Assembly: GCA_002633005.1 (NCBI GenBank)
Contig: NMRA01000002.1
Coordinates: 1,013,278-1,077,277 of the forward strand
Reading direction: 5' to 3'
DNA from: Phoronis australis
Lineage: Eukaryota > Animalia > Phoronida
Length of the DNA: 64,000 bases
Position 1 is the first letter of the stretch, and every line of letters begins with the position of its first letter. Below are positions 48,786 through 61,580 of the stretch, one piece after another. A model generated the notes under the pieces. It did not search any database. It was not told the DNA's origin and was given only the letters and a program-made list of their open reading frames with translations. The position numbers and the translations under genes were made by a program.

Positions 48786-49620
48786 TTATACTAACTAAGA
48801 GTCCGATTGTGACTGCTGGCGTCGTGGGTTAGAATCTGTCTTGGGGCATTGTCGCCGATAATGTCAGTGCTTGTCTGAGTAAACGTATGTTGATAATCAC
48901 TGCAAAGTAATTAATTTCTGTAAATCATCTGTATTCCACTGCAGAAAATGATAAAATTTGCTTTTTCTCGCGTGACCTGGAATGTGTTACGACACGACTG
49001 CTTAATAACACCGTGTACGTAATTTTTTTGATTTTACATGGGCGAAACACAAAGTAGTGCAAAGTAGAAATCCATACGCCTTACATTTTATCGTCTGCAA
49101 AACATTAAAACAACCAAACGCGCGCCAAACAAACAATGCCGGAATTCCGAGACGGTGACAAGATTATGATTGACCAACGGGGTGGCGTAACTGTACGAAC
49201 TTCCAGTCGGAAGGACATGCAAACACCTTCATAAACGGACCCATCTTCGGTGGCGAATTCCATATCCACGTTTATTCAAACGGAGACGAGCCCCAACTCA
49301 AGAAACGCGGTGAGACTGCCTGCCTGTGCTGTCTCAAGGTCAATTCAGTGCTTTCGCGCGGGGAAGCCTTGCTGACTGTTATTTATAAACATTTTTAAGT
49401 TTTAATATTACAACTTCAAAGACTATTTATTAGATTCTAACTTGAATATTTGCTACGAAAGCTAAATGCAATTTACAATAGTTAAGCTTAAAATAAAACT
49501 ATTAACAAAAAGTAACTGAATTACTTTACATGGCGCAAGCGGGTTTGTACAAAACATGTCGTTGAAAGTTTTAGACATGTCGAGTTTTTCAGCAAAAAAG
49601 ATTGTTTTTACGGTTCATGT

Positions 49621-49763
49621 GAGAAAAAATCCTTCATTCGTCTCATATTTATGACACGGGCAAAACCTCTTGGAAACTTCGGCAAGCCTGGGGATTTTGA
49701 CGAAATTTCCAAGAGGTTTTGTCCATATCATAAGCCTGGGACTCGTGTAGGATTTTCTATCTC
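49621..49763. repeat. Palindromic MITE-like hairpin
   Basis: Perfect 15-bp arms AAAACCTCTTGGAAA (49662-49676) / TTTCCAAGAGGTTTT (49706-49720), extended by ttatga/tcataa and aaaatcct/aggatttt. Confidence 0.85.
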
Positions 49764-50109
49764 TTAAACATGTCAACTGAAGTAGCAATTGAGTGTGATT
49801 CCAATTGAAAATCTTTCAGCAAACGTAGTATTTTAGATTGCTTAGCGGTTAAAATCATTAAACTTTTGTTTATTCATCCATAAAGTCGGAATCTCAAGAA
49901 GTTAAACGCCTTGAGACACCTACGGGTGTTGACTCGATCAATCACGTGTCTTTTGCATGTTCACAGGAAGCGATGCAAATGGTCAATAAGTTGTTTAAAG
50001 CTGCTTAAATGCCAAATCTACATATACATTGTATTTTACAAATACATGTCAACTCCAGTTGGCCTCGTATTCCTTACCGGCATTAGATTTTTATTTCCGT
50101 AACCAGCAA

Positions 50110-50320
50110 GAAAATCGAAACCATCAGCGGCTCAGCAATACGCTTCTGAGTTTATTAGAGTATGCCAACTCAAAAATTGCGAATTCCAAAAGGGCGCGTG
50201 TACATAATGTTTGTGACTGGAAAAGAATCCTATCACGATAAGGTATATTATGAGACCGATTTTATGATAGTAGAAGGCGAGTTTTTAGCCAGCTACACAG
50301 GGCGTAATGCAGCTTAAAAT
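50110..50320. repeat. Dispersed repeat, homologous to 21500-21715 and 24600-24815
   Basis: Shared gagtttatt, ttgtgact, cgataagg...attatgagac.gatttt, ttttagccag, cagggc and agcttaaa in the same order. Confidence 0.7.
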
Positions 50321-53300
50321 TTATTTCAAGCTTGTTGGTATGTAATTACCGAAGGCTGATTATTGAATCCTGGGATGCTAGACAACATGCACGGGGATTT
50401 GCTAAGTGTTGGCAAAGAACATACAGTAAAACATGCCATGTGTCGGCTGTTGTCCAAAATCTGTCCAAAAAGCTAATTGTGATACGCTCATTTCACATGT
50501 ACGGTACGCTTGGAGTTTCAAAATGTGTCAAGTGAAGGAATGTCAACTATTATGCAGTACGTTTATACTGTCAAAAGTTACCTTAAGGATGTGATCTGTT
50601 ATGTACACCATCAAGTAAGATCACGCTCTGCATTTGCCTTTCCATTAATTGCGTGTTATATAAGCCTTCATCTAACTCACCACTCATCCTTTGGAAACTA
50701 ATCACGACTTGTTTCTAAAGTGGGTAGCTGATGCTAACCAGCTTTGCTACGCCTCTCAGTCCATTTATACAGTCCGGGCGTCAAAGAAAAAACCTGTATC
50801 GCAGTGGCAGGATAGGCGCTGCTCTGAAATGTTCTTTGAGGTACGCGCTTAAATACTTCGCTGGCGTGGCGTCTAAAAAGGATGTGCCAGTGCTAAACAG
50901 TTGAAAAACCATTGTTGAAAACAAGAAATTTAATAAAATACGATAAGCGTGGTACACCCAGTGACGCATTTAGACAATGATCCAGTTTGCTAACGAAACA
51001 AACATTGATAAGATATTAGACTAAACATTGGACGGCGAGGCTAATATGGCAAAAATTTAAATTAAACCGAATTTGCTGTGTGTTCTACATCAAAAAGAAT
51101 TATAATCTTTGATCCTATTATAAAAATCACCAAAGCCCAGGGTCCTTGTATTCCCTAACAATAATGGCGGAAACGTTTAGGGTATCGCCGAAAAAAAATA
51201 GAAACAACTTTCTAAAACTACTCCGCGTGGAGATGCTGCTATAACTCAGGTTCAGGTCGTCCTGTCACCACGAGACACCAGTTATCAGTTGCGTGCAGTT
51301 ACTTGGAACTTACAGACAATGCATTCAAACTTCCAAAAAGTCTCCAGATTACACAAGTCGGGGGAAAATGGGTGTCGACCTGCCAAATTTTCTGCAAATC
51401 CTTAAGTGTCTGAAGGTAACTGAATTTCAACTCCCCACTTCTTGCGAGCAGTAAAGGTTTAAGAAAAGTCACGGCTAGGCAAATGGTGGGTCAGAAAGGG
51501 CACGGCAACCACGAATCTTAAACGCAGACTTAAAATCCATACAAATGCCTTCCACAGCCTTAATGTACCTAAGCAGGACATAGGATTGTTCATTCAACAA
51601 GAACGAACGAGTGATTATGTTCCATGAGCGTTACCCTGTCAAGGCCCACACGCGTATTCATATAGGGAGAGCAAGTAAAATAACAAAAAGTGAAACAAGA
51701 GCTTTTTGGAACCTCGAAGACAACACCCAAATATGTTATTTAAATATAAAACTGCTTTCAAATATTATCAATGGGGTCGTTTATTGATTTAAATTCTTGT
51801 TTAGAATTAAATTTTGTCAAATTACTTTGTGTCACGTGAAACCGGCTTCAAGAGTGGCACCATAGACTATAGCAAATGGACCGCCAACTCCGTATATTTA
51901 CAATGGACGAAATCTGTGATCTTACGCATAAGCCGTGACGTCATTATTCACTAGCGACACCTGGCAAAATAAGCAAGTTTTACTTCCGGCAAGTATGTTG
52001 TCTGCTAATCATGGTCAGCTGTTGTGTGGTCGGATGCCAAAAGTACTCATGATGTTATTGGAAGACTTTGAACAGCGGTTCAGTGCTATTTTTTTTTTCG
52101 TTGTACTGGACAGTAAAATTGATGCGAGAATTTCCCGTCACAATACACTAACTGGAAACTGAAATTGGTAATTTAGGAGAGCGGCGCTTCCTCTGTAGGA
52201 TAGTAAGCAAGAAAATGTCGGAGTTGCGAATCTGTTGTCTGTAATCTATGGTGGCACATGTTGTGAAATAGCGCACTTCCAAACACAGAACATTACTTGC
52301 CTATTGGTTTTGATGTTGCAATCGCGAGCTTCTAGCATAGTTTTCATTTTCATCAATTTAAACTTCGAAATTGTGTCATTCAGACCTTGGACTCCTTCAT
52401 TACATGTTGGCTTTTCTGTAGTGACGTCGGGCGTTGAGATAGCAGCCGGAGCTCCGTCTAGTGGTTGCCGCTAGTCTTTACTAACAGACGGAGATTAGCC
52501 CACGGGTCGTGGTCGGTATGACAACCCTTATGGCTTGTTCACAGACAACGTGCCATGGTAGTCCGTTTTCCCCTTTGGTAGGAGGTGCATGAACATTAGG
52601 TAGGGTAGAAAATGATCGTTACCGAGCACACCATATACAGTGTACTCCCTATTTTCTGTTTGATTAAAATGAAAAAGGCCGCCCAGGCGATCCCGGTTGT
52701 GTCGGTATACCTCACCGATATAGTCAAGTATCCCGTTTTCTTTTTTTTAATTTCGACAGTTGCTAACTATGAGTCGTTTGTAGTCCAGTACTCTCGTACT
52801 CCCGCATACGCGGTTTCCTTGATTTGGCCAGTTCATTTTCCAGTTGGCAACCTGGGCATTTTGTCAGGTCGCACTCAGTTTGTCGAATATTCTAAGCCTC
52901 GGGACCTGCAACTGGGGTATAAACTGATGTTTTGTTGCTAGTGAAAACATTTGCTGAATGCCTTTGTTACCAACTTTGAACTCCGTTTCTTTCAGTGTAG
53001 TACAAATTGTATCATTTTTGCACAAACATTAGGCGTATGTCTATGTGTGCAAAATGCAAAAATTCCCGGGTCCGTGTGTACCACGATTAAGCGACTCTGA
53101 GGTCGAAAACAATGATGTCCGACAATATGTATCGGGTGTTAATTGTGACACACATGTTTTCCGATGAACTGGAGATGTGGGACGGTGTTTTTGCAACACA
53201 TTTTGTCGCATCCAATATATTCTGTTGGCCAAGCGACAGTATGTGTCGACAATATATGCTACAATGGAGTCCCTGTCGAATGCAATGCAAAATACTGGCT

Positions 53301-53439
53301 TACAGGGCTGTAACTTTAAACTGTAAAAGCCACACAATATATGACCACGGTGACTGAATTTATCGAATCTGTAGTTTGCTTCCTAAAAGTGACTTAAGAC
53401 AGATAGTTGGTTTTTTTGCTCGATACCCGCAAGTACTTG

Positions 53440-53650
53440 TCAAAAATAGTTAAATCTCACTTGTGCAAAAGTCAAAGTTTCTGAGAATATACACATAACT
53501 TCTACTTACTGATATAATTTCTATAAACTATTTCTAGACTGTGATGCGCTCATAACTATTTGTGTAAACTTGTTTTCAGCACTTGTGAAATGTGAGCGTA
53601 GCACCAAGTTTCTGTCCAAGTCTTGAATCACTTTCATGACAGAGACCACT
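53440..53650. mobile_element. Diverged copy of the MITE at 13861-14138
   Basis: Shares caaagt.tctgagaatat, ttactga.ataatt, tatttctaga and ttgtgaa.t..gagcgta; ends in ttcatgacagagacc. Confidence 0.6.
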
Positions 53651-55310
53651 GATGTAATAACATTTTGTGATCGCATCTACGAAGAAAAAAAATCAAAGGT
53701 TTAGTAATAGCTAAGATTGTGAAAGGGGTGGAGGAAACCCGTCTGCGAAATGTGCCTTACATTGACCCGTTAGTGAAAAGGTTTTGCCTGTCGCAGGCTT
53801 CAAATATTCAAATATCGATCGATCAGAGAACTCAGTACGCAACCTACCGATAGAGGGTGACCGACTAATTACTTGGTTTGCAGACGTACATGTAAGACAC
53901 TCGCAAGTAATTGCGACCTCGTGTTTCATTTGTAGTCATCTTGCAAAGAGTTGCTTTGTCTTGCTTTTTCGCGAATGTTTTGCATCTACGGGAGTACCCC
54001 GGCCCACTGATAGTCATTTCTAGAGGTACGCGGTGAAAGTCGAATAAGCAGCTACGAATATTTGAACGGAGTAGACTGATACTAGTTTTAGTTCTGTAAA
54101 TTTCATGCAGCTGTTCTTCTTGGTTACTAACTGTAGTCTGGGAGCCATAGACTGTTTTTCTACTTAACCTGAATTCGGTGTTTCATGCAGTTTTAGTTAT
54201 GGATAGGTAACCATGATTCAACAAATTGAGGCCATCATTATGCAAAATTCTATATTGCTTATAACTTCCTTAACCAGCAGTGCAGGCTGATTATTTTGAT
54301 GTTTTCAATGATGTTTCCATGTTAAGTGAATTTAATGGAGAAAGTTAATAGTGGATACATCGAGAATTTGCATTGTATATGCAAATTAAGGCTACCGTTG
54401 TGTACCTATAGCTGCAGTAATGGGCATCACAGGTAAACTGTTTTGATATTGGAAGCCATGTTTTATGACCAATTAGTTTAATGACATGGTTTGCAAAATA
54501 TTGTACGCTAAATTTGTATAATTTATGCAAATGAAGGCTGCCATTGTTTAAAATTCTGTTTTAGTCTCGTGGCCAAAAAGTTTACCGTGCAATGTTGTTC
54601 ACTGTAAAGTTTTCTTTTGAAAATTTATTACATGTGGTTTGGAAAGTATTTTTATAATTCAAGGTGGAGGCCTCCGCCATCTTGAATTTTGCCAAATCTC
54701 CATCTTCTGAACACGGCTTATAGGATCCTGCAATTTCTTGTTTCTAGTGTTTCATGGGACGCAGAATTTATTTCTGGTATTATTTTGTAGACGCAGGGTC
54801 AAACAGAAGGTCAACTGAAACGTCAAAGGTCAAGTTGACCCTAAGTAAGGAATATTGATCCACTTCTTTTGGTGGACGAAATGGTAAATGTATTGGAAAT
54901 GCTGAATCGATATCTTTTGATTTCTTCTATGATCCCATAATGTTAAGGATAAGGGATTGCTAAAGAGTGGAATTAGACGCCGTCCCAGAATCTCAATAAC
55001 TGAAGTCACGATATTACATGTTCTTTCTGAATTAGGATATGTGTGTACATGTAGTCCGTACTGGTTGCTTATATGTAGATTATATCTCTGTAAATTGCAT
55101 ATGATACGTGTAGCCCTATGATAACATTTAATTATTTGGTTAATTTTAAATCACTGCACCCCTATCGTATCAATATGTCAATAAATGAAGCCGCATCAGT
55201 ATTACATTAAGCATATCTGGGCCTATGCATTCAAGTTTTGTTATGCTGGTGAGATATTATAAACTCTATATTTAAATTCAATATGCATTTGTAGAAATAT
55301 TAAGTGAAAA

Positions 55311-55848
55311 GGGCCGCCCCGGATTGCACAGCGACAGAACTCTCCTCTGTCGCGGAGGTTAGAAAGAGCGTTGTTTTCATTGGCATCCGTTTGGAATGTC
55401 GGAAACCGTCAAAGTGAATTACCGCGGAAATATTCCCGATTTCAAATTTTAAAATTGCAGGAATTGAAGAGGTTTCTTCAAGGAACGGGATTCTTTCTGT
55501 TCAAAATAAACCCTGCGAATTTGCTTTATTCACTAGCTCCGTACTTTCTTGTCTTTGGCGGATGTAGGGAAGACAAAGAACCGCCACGTACCCGCGGGTT
55601 TGTCATGTTTATCCAACTTTCTCCCGTCTGCATGAGTTGCAGCACACGGCGCAGCAGTAATACTTCGTTACCATTGGAAAAACGAATATACCAATGCAGT
55701 CGAGAAAAACATGTACTGAGTTTTCAACAAAAAAGAATGTGGAACTCCAATGGCGAAAAAAGAGGCTACAAAAGTGCCGGGCGGATATTGTGGCATTGTT
55801 GGCAAATACTGCAAGATTCGAGTGTCGCTGTATAATCCGGGACGGCCC
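55311..55848. mobile_element. PIF/Harbinger-like MITE (538 bp)
   Basis: 27-bp TIR GGGCCGCCCCGGATTGCACAGCGACAG / GTGTCGCTGTATAATCCGGGACGGCCC (4 mismatches); TSD degenerate. Confidence 0.8.
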
Positions 55849-56194
55849 TATTGCACGTGTTTGAATTTGGAATTATACATATGTAATGTATAAGTATTAA
55901 TGACAGGTGCATACTTAGTCATCATTCACATCTACTTGTTTTTCACCGTCTTCAACATCTACCTGTTTGCTGAACATGCCTGACTCTCACTTGTAATAGT
56001 CAGTGCAGTACGACGGGCTAGCACTGTTGCAACTGCAGCGCCTCTCGTCGCATTCCTGTCTTTCTGCACTGCACGCAGCTGCAGCTAACCACGTCAACTA
56101 GAGCTTGAGGTGCAACAGCTACTGTTGAAGTGGCCAGTGTCACTGTCAATTTTCCATCCAAAGTTGTCACTTATTTTCATGGTGTATATTGGGA

Positions 56195-56328
56195 GTCAGC
56201 TGTCTTCCACATCGACATCTGAAGATACGCTCAGAGCACGTGCAAGTAAACTTTGGCATCCGTCAGCTGTCTTCCACATCGACATCTGAAGATACGATCA
56301 GAGCACGTGCAAGTAAACTTTGGCATCC
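56195..56328. repeat. Tandem duplication, 67 bp x2
   Basis: 56195-56261 and 56262-56328 differ at one base. Confidence 0.97.
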
Positions 56329-59300
56329 GGGCATCGTTCATTGTTTGGCAACTCTTCTGCCAATAATGTATATGTACAAAATAATAACAAAATAACAGAA
56401 CGATGTTTATGTATACTCTACAGGCTTCCTTAAAAATGCGAAAGTAAGAACACCTCTCAGGCGAACAAAAACAAAAACATAGAAATTTTCCATGCTAGTG
56501 AATGGTTTTCTGATGCTTGTTTGTGTACAATGGGATAGTCTTTGGGGTTCTTTGAAGAAGTGGGTGTGAACTACGGAAGTTTTCCAAAAACATTCATGAT
56601 AAGATATGAAAACCACTGATAATATTTTACGGCAATGTCACTAACAAGCTTGTTGACCGATCGACATGTCGACATTCTCTCCTATATAAAACAGCAGATT
56701 AGAGCTACTAACTGATATTATGTTACTTTTGGTGAAACAATTTATTATTCGGATGTTTAGTGATGATGTGTCATGGCAGTAGATGACGCAATTTGGACCC
56801 GGAAATAAGAATAGACATGACGTCACACTGGGTCCAAAACGTCATAATAACGTCATGCTAAACATTCCTAGGGTGCAAAACGTGTGTAATAAGATATGTT
56901 GGGTCTGAGAATACTACAACATAACTGCTACTGCAACAGAGAAAATGCATAGCCTGTAAAAAACTAAAGTACATGTTAATTAACGTTTAGCAAAAAGTGG
57001 GTAAGTTTGAAGATAATTTACGAACTAATGAGCCAGACAACGTGAGACTATGCGTGAGTGAGCGTGTGACTGTCCGGTTGTGTATTTCTCTTCAATTACG
57101 ACATTTTGAGTTTTGAAGTGCAGGACGCGCGTATTTAGCCAGTCTTCAAAACTATGTTAACTGTGTAAAACTTCATCGTTAAGAAAATGTATATTTTTAG
57201 TATTTTTAGAATGTATACATTTTCTGAAAGAGGAAAACCTGTAAAAGTTGATTTTCGACACTTGTCGGACAATCTGTCATCGATTGGGTCACGTGATCTT
57301 GTCATTTTAGTAAAATTTAGCAAACAATCACAGTGGAGCAACATTATCGATAACACAAACAAATTTCTATTGATGGTAAATGTTCAAGTTGAAATCTCAA
57401 AATCGGCGCTACAGTTTTTTAAATTATTATTTCGTTTTTGTGTTATGCAACTTCTGATTTCTTCATGAAAATCCCAACCCCCCATGCAAAAATGGAACAT
57501 TTTAAAACTATTCCTAACAACATATTGCAGGACAGTGCATAAAGCATAATATCTGAAAGTTTAGTGAAATCGATGAGTGAATTCTGCCGTGTGATGGCGA
57601 AGTTTTTATTGTCCTAAGTTTTAACCTTAATTGTAAATAAATAGTTCGAAAAAATAAAATGTATTTGTACATATTTCGTCAAGGCAGCGGCAGTGTGGTC
57701 ATTTATTAAACTTGTGTCCTCCAGTCTTTCTGTCTTCCATCCTTTAACAATCGCATCGTGCGATGTTTTTATGAGTAGAACACTAACATTGATTGATTGC
57801 CGAGAATTTATCAATAGCCCTGTCGCATCATGACACAAGCTGCATCAGCGCTACGGCGCCAGTTCCACGACGCAAGACGACGATGGGTGTGTATAATGCT
57901 AAAAGTATAAGAAATGAAAATTTGGAATTAAAGAGCGGTAACTGTCTCTTGCACGGACTCTCTAGTTGAATGGGGAGTTGACTACAAGTAAATTTCCCGA
58001 TTGCCGTCTTCGAATATCACTGACCCTTCCGATTCAATTTCATTACAAAACGAGCGATTTTATTCCCAGTAGGTTAGGTCGTTTTTATTCATCAACGGAT
58101 GTTGCTTTTTGTTCCGTCATGATGTCATGGTTGGCTTCGTGGAATACAATATAGTACCAATATTCATTCCTTATTAGGCAACTCACTGAGTTGACTAACC
58201 TGCTGCGCTGATCGCTTTCCCGTTTTGAAAATGTTGTAGAGAAAACACAAAACACCGTGTGTTCTTATTTTGTTGTAATTCTGTACAAAGTCCATTTATG
58301 GGTGTCTAACAAATTGTTAGCTGTTCTAATTATACCACATGTAACATATAGGAAGCCCACACTCCTCAGGATACGTTGTACGTCAGTGCCACCCGTTTAC
58401 TAGGAACATCACCCCAATATACGCAGAGTGTGACCTTTCAGAGATACTGTCGTTGCCTGCGGGATCAAACGTGGTGTATAAGTCGACAAACCTGCAAAGA
58501 ATTCCACGTTCCTTCTAGTCTCGCATCCAGCTTCTATTAGCATTAGAGTCTGCTGATCGTCTCGAAAACGACACCATTTGGTCAGATTTTTAACCAAAGT
58601 GGGAGAATGGTGTAAGCCATCAGCTTAGGATTGGTGTCCAGAGAGGACAAATATGCGCCTTTGTTGACATGTCTAGCCTTCGTTGCTAAGTAACTTAACC
58701 TCATTTTCTGACCAATCATGCGCCAGAATAGATCGGAGACGTTCATTCTGCTGTGAACTAATCGAGTTTACATGGACTGAAAAAGTGGTTTTGATCGCTT
58801 AAATTGGACGTAGTAATCATATGGTAGGTTATGAGCAGGAAATTAAGTGTAATGAATAGCTTTGTTTAGTTTGACGCCTTGTTATCTTGGGTGTTTCAAA
58901 AACACGAAGTTGCGTGGAATACGTAAGAACAAGTTCTTGTTGTTGCAGCAACCGCGCTTCAGAAAGGATGGTCCCAAGCCTTCTAAAGACCAGTACTCTT
59001 GGGCAGTTTCTCACCATCAGCCAAGCAGAATGTGTGAATGTTATTCTTTAACTAGTCGAAATGTCTGAATGGTACTTCTGTCCGACTACGGTGTTTTTAA
59101 ACACGTTAAAATGGTCTTTTCACTGTGCTGGATGGTTCCGACAAACCCCGTTAGGCCACGCCTACCATAGTTACCGTTACGAAGTCCCACAAGAGCAAAG
59201 CCAATATGGCAGGAGTTCTTTGAAAACTTACTTGTGTATTGATACAAATACTACCAATACAGTACCGCACGTGGCAAGTAGATAGAACCGTACTATTTGC

Positions 59301-60395
59301 TCCGGGCAGAGCCACCTGTTAGCGTTAAAGTCCTTGGTCGAGTGGATGCTTTTTGCGGTGGTAGGTGTGTTCCAGTCAGAAACCAGGACCGCTCATATTA
59401 TAGCCACATATGCCCAGATGTGGTATTTTCAGAAGAAAAAGCACGGCGTCCATTTTTGCTTTTGGTAACTTCATCTGTTTTTCTGTCTCGTAAATTTCCA
59501 TTTGTCGAACAATTTGAGCGAACTCACGAAATTTAGGCCAACGATTTCCACAGCATGTCGTTTGGCAGTTCTAGACAAGCCGAATCGCCACCTGGTGACT
59601 GGGTTTTGTAAACTGCTACAAACAGAGCCATCTCCGAAAAATATTATTTTTGGATCACGTTTTAGGTTGGAAACCCTTGTTGTTGTTTTCTTTGTTTTTT
59701 TTTCACACAGAGAGTTAGCGTTCCCAATTACACATGATAAAACCACGCTCCGACAGGAATTCAAAGATTGCTTCAACACTAGGATTTAACAGCCTTTTAA
59801 TTAATTTATTCCACTTTGAATGTTACGATTTTGTCTTCATCTAATTTGCGCTTCGTGTGACTTTAAGAGAAACGCATGCGCAGTTACAGTTAACATTTGT
59901 CAATATCAATTGTGCAAGTCATCTTCTAGTGGATTATAAAGACTTAACCATGCACCTTCCGCAAGTGCTCAAGGGAGCGATGGTCGCAATCTACATCCGA
60001 TATGACTTTTTAATTATCATGCATTGTTAAACAACTTATTGGTGTTACTTAAACTTAGCACGCTTATACAGAAAAATCCTATTGGTCAGATTGACTGCAT
60101 AAATATGGGGCAACTGGCATCGATTTCAAGTTATTAGCGTTAAGTAAATCAGAAACCAAGCCAGTACCATTACTTTAAAAGCACTTCTATTGCCAGGTAA
60201 AGCACAAATGTCGAGTAACCTTAAGCTTGTTTCGCATTAGCTACAAAACTGCTAGCTTTAGGCGTGGGCTTGGCGTTATTTTCGTTGAATCATCCATCTT
60301 ACTGTTTCGTTACAGTCGTGAAACACGTACAGACTGTGCGACCGGTTGACGAAGACGGCGAGGTATTTATTAATAATCTTTATTAATAATTCAAC

Positions 60396-61580
60396 ATGCA
60401 GTCGCGAGATGCACAGTCAAGAAGGCAGTTGTTCCGTGCCGACTGGGAGAGACACCAGACGGTTGATGAATGCGAGATGGCGACGGCACGCGACCGACGG
60501 AGTACGCGTCGAGATGGTGCAATGGCAGGGACATGTAAAGACAACTTTGAGGTAAATCGTTTAAGCGACCGTCAGGAGAAAGAAGAAAAGGCAAACGTAA
60601 GAAAGAAAAGTCCTCGAGAAATGGCGTGTACAGCTGGTTCTTCGGAATTCAAGGCGGCGACGACAAACAAGCCTAGACTTCAGTTACAACGAAGAAGCTT
60701 GACGGATCCCGGTGATTTCTCTCCAAGTAGTCATTGCTCTGGTGCAATACAGTCGGAAAGGAAATTGTTGCAGACGCGATCAGCGAGCAATCCTTCACTG
60801 GTGTTATCGAAATTCAAAGAGAAAATTCGGAAAAAAGTGGCAAAAGCTAGTGACTGGCGGGATTCAAAAGCTATGACACGAGAAAAATTCCCTGAATCAC
60901 CATCTTTGTCGAATCCGCGTAGAACGGAAAAAATTAAAAGTTTTAGCGAAGGCTCTCGCGATTCCACTGGATCATTAAGAAGTGTCAGTAGTGGTGGCGG
61001 TGAAGAAATTTTTTGCGGTGAAAAACTGACTCCGGGCATTATTTGCACAACGAAAGATTTGGAGGCTATTCTAGGAGGAACAACGGATTCCCATACGAAA
61101 GGAAACCTAGACGGATCATTACATGTGGATTTACCACCAAAACCTCTTAAGCCTGGGTTGGACAAACTAAAAAAGGACCATTCCGGTTTCTATAGTTTGA
61201 CCAACTCTCCAAAACAATCACCCCCTGTTACACGAGAAACCCGAAAGTTTCGCTATGATTTGGATACAAGTGAACACGTTATTTCTGAAAAGGCTTTATT
61301 TGAAAGCTTACTGAAACCACAAACAGTAAAAGATGTTGAATATGACGATCGTGGTGAAACTTGGGAAATTTACGGTGCAGATTTTGACCCGGAAGTACTT
61401 GGGGATGCTATACAGAGACATCTTAACAGAATGGAATCTGATGAGGATCATGGCGAACCATTGGGTAAAGACAAGAACGACCCAAGACAAGGAAGCAAAA
61501 ATAACTGGGCCCGTCGAGCCTGGGTCCGTGTGTTTGAAACAGTAAGACAAAAACATAGAAGTGTGGACTCGAGCGCGTAG
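60396..61580 (+). CDS. GPRIN: GPRIN family protein (G protein-regulated inducer of neurite outgrowth, GRIN_C motif), 394 aa, single coding exon
   Basis: Longest ORF in the window. Mostly low-complexity S/R/K-rich, ending in VKDVEYDDRGETWEIYGADFDPEVLGDAIQRHL (from 61326), which matches the GPRIN1/2/3 motif VRDV.WDE.GMTWEVYGA....E.LG.AIQ.HL. A splice acceptor (tttcgttacag|60316) precedes the ATG, as in vertebrate GPRINs whose CDS lies in one exon. Confidence 0.9.
   Translation: MQSRDAQSRRQLFRADWERHQTVDECEMATARDRRSTRRDGAMAGTCKDNFEVNRLSDRQEKEEKANVRKKSPREMACTAGSSEFKAATTNKPRLQLQRRSLTDPGDFSPSSHCSGAIQSERKLLQTRSASNPSLVLSKFKEKIRKKVAKASDWRDSKAMTREKFPESPSLSNPRRTEKIKSFSEGSRDSTGSLRSVSSGGGEEIFCGEKLTPGIICTTKDLEAILGGTTDSHTKGNLDGSLHVDLPPKPLKPGLDKLKKDHSGFYSLTNSPKQSPPVTRETRKFRYDLDTSEHVISEKALFESLLKPQTVKDVEYDDRGETWEIYGADFDPEVLGDAIQRHLNRMESDEDHGEPLGKDKNDPRQGSKNNWARRAWVRVFETVRQKHRSVDSSA

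Noticed and set aside
55371-55835. 154-aa ORF as a transposase
   Set aside because: Lies inside a 538-bp MITE, has a non-ATG start and no DDE or Myb-like motif.
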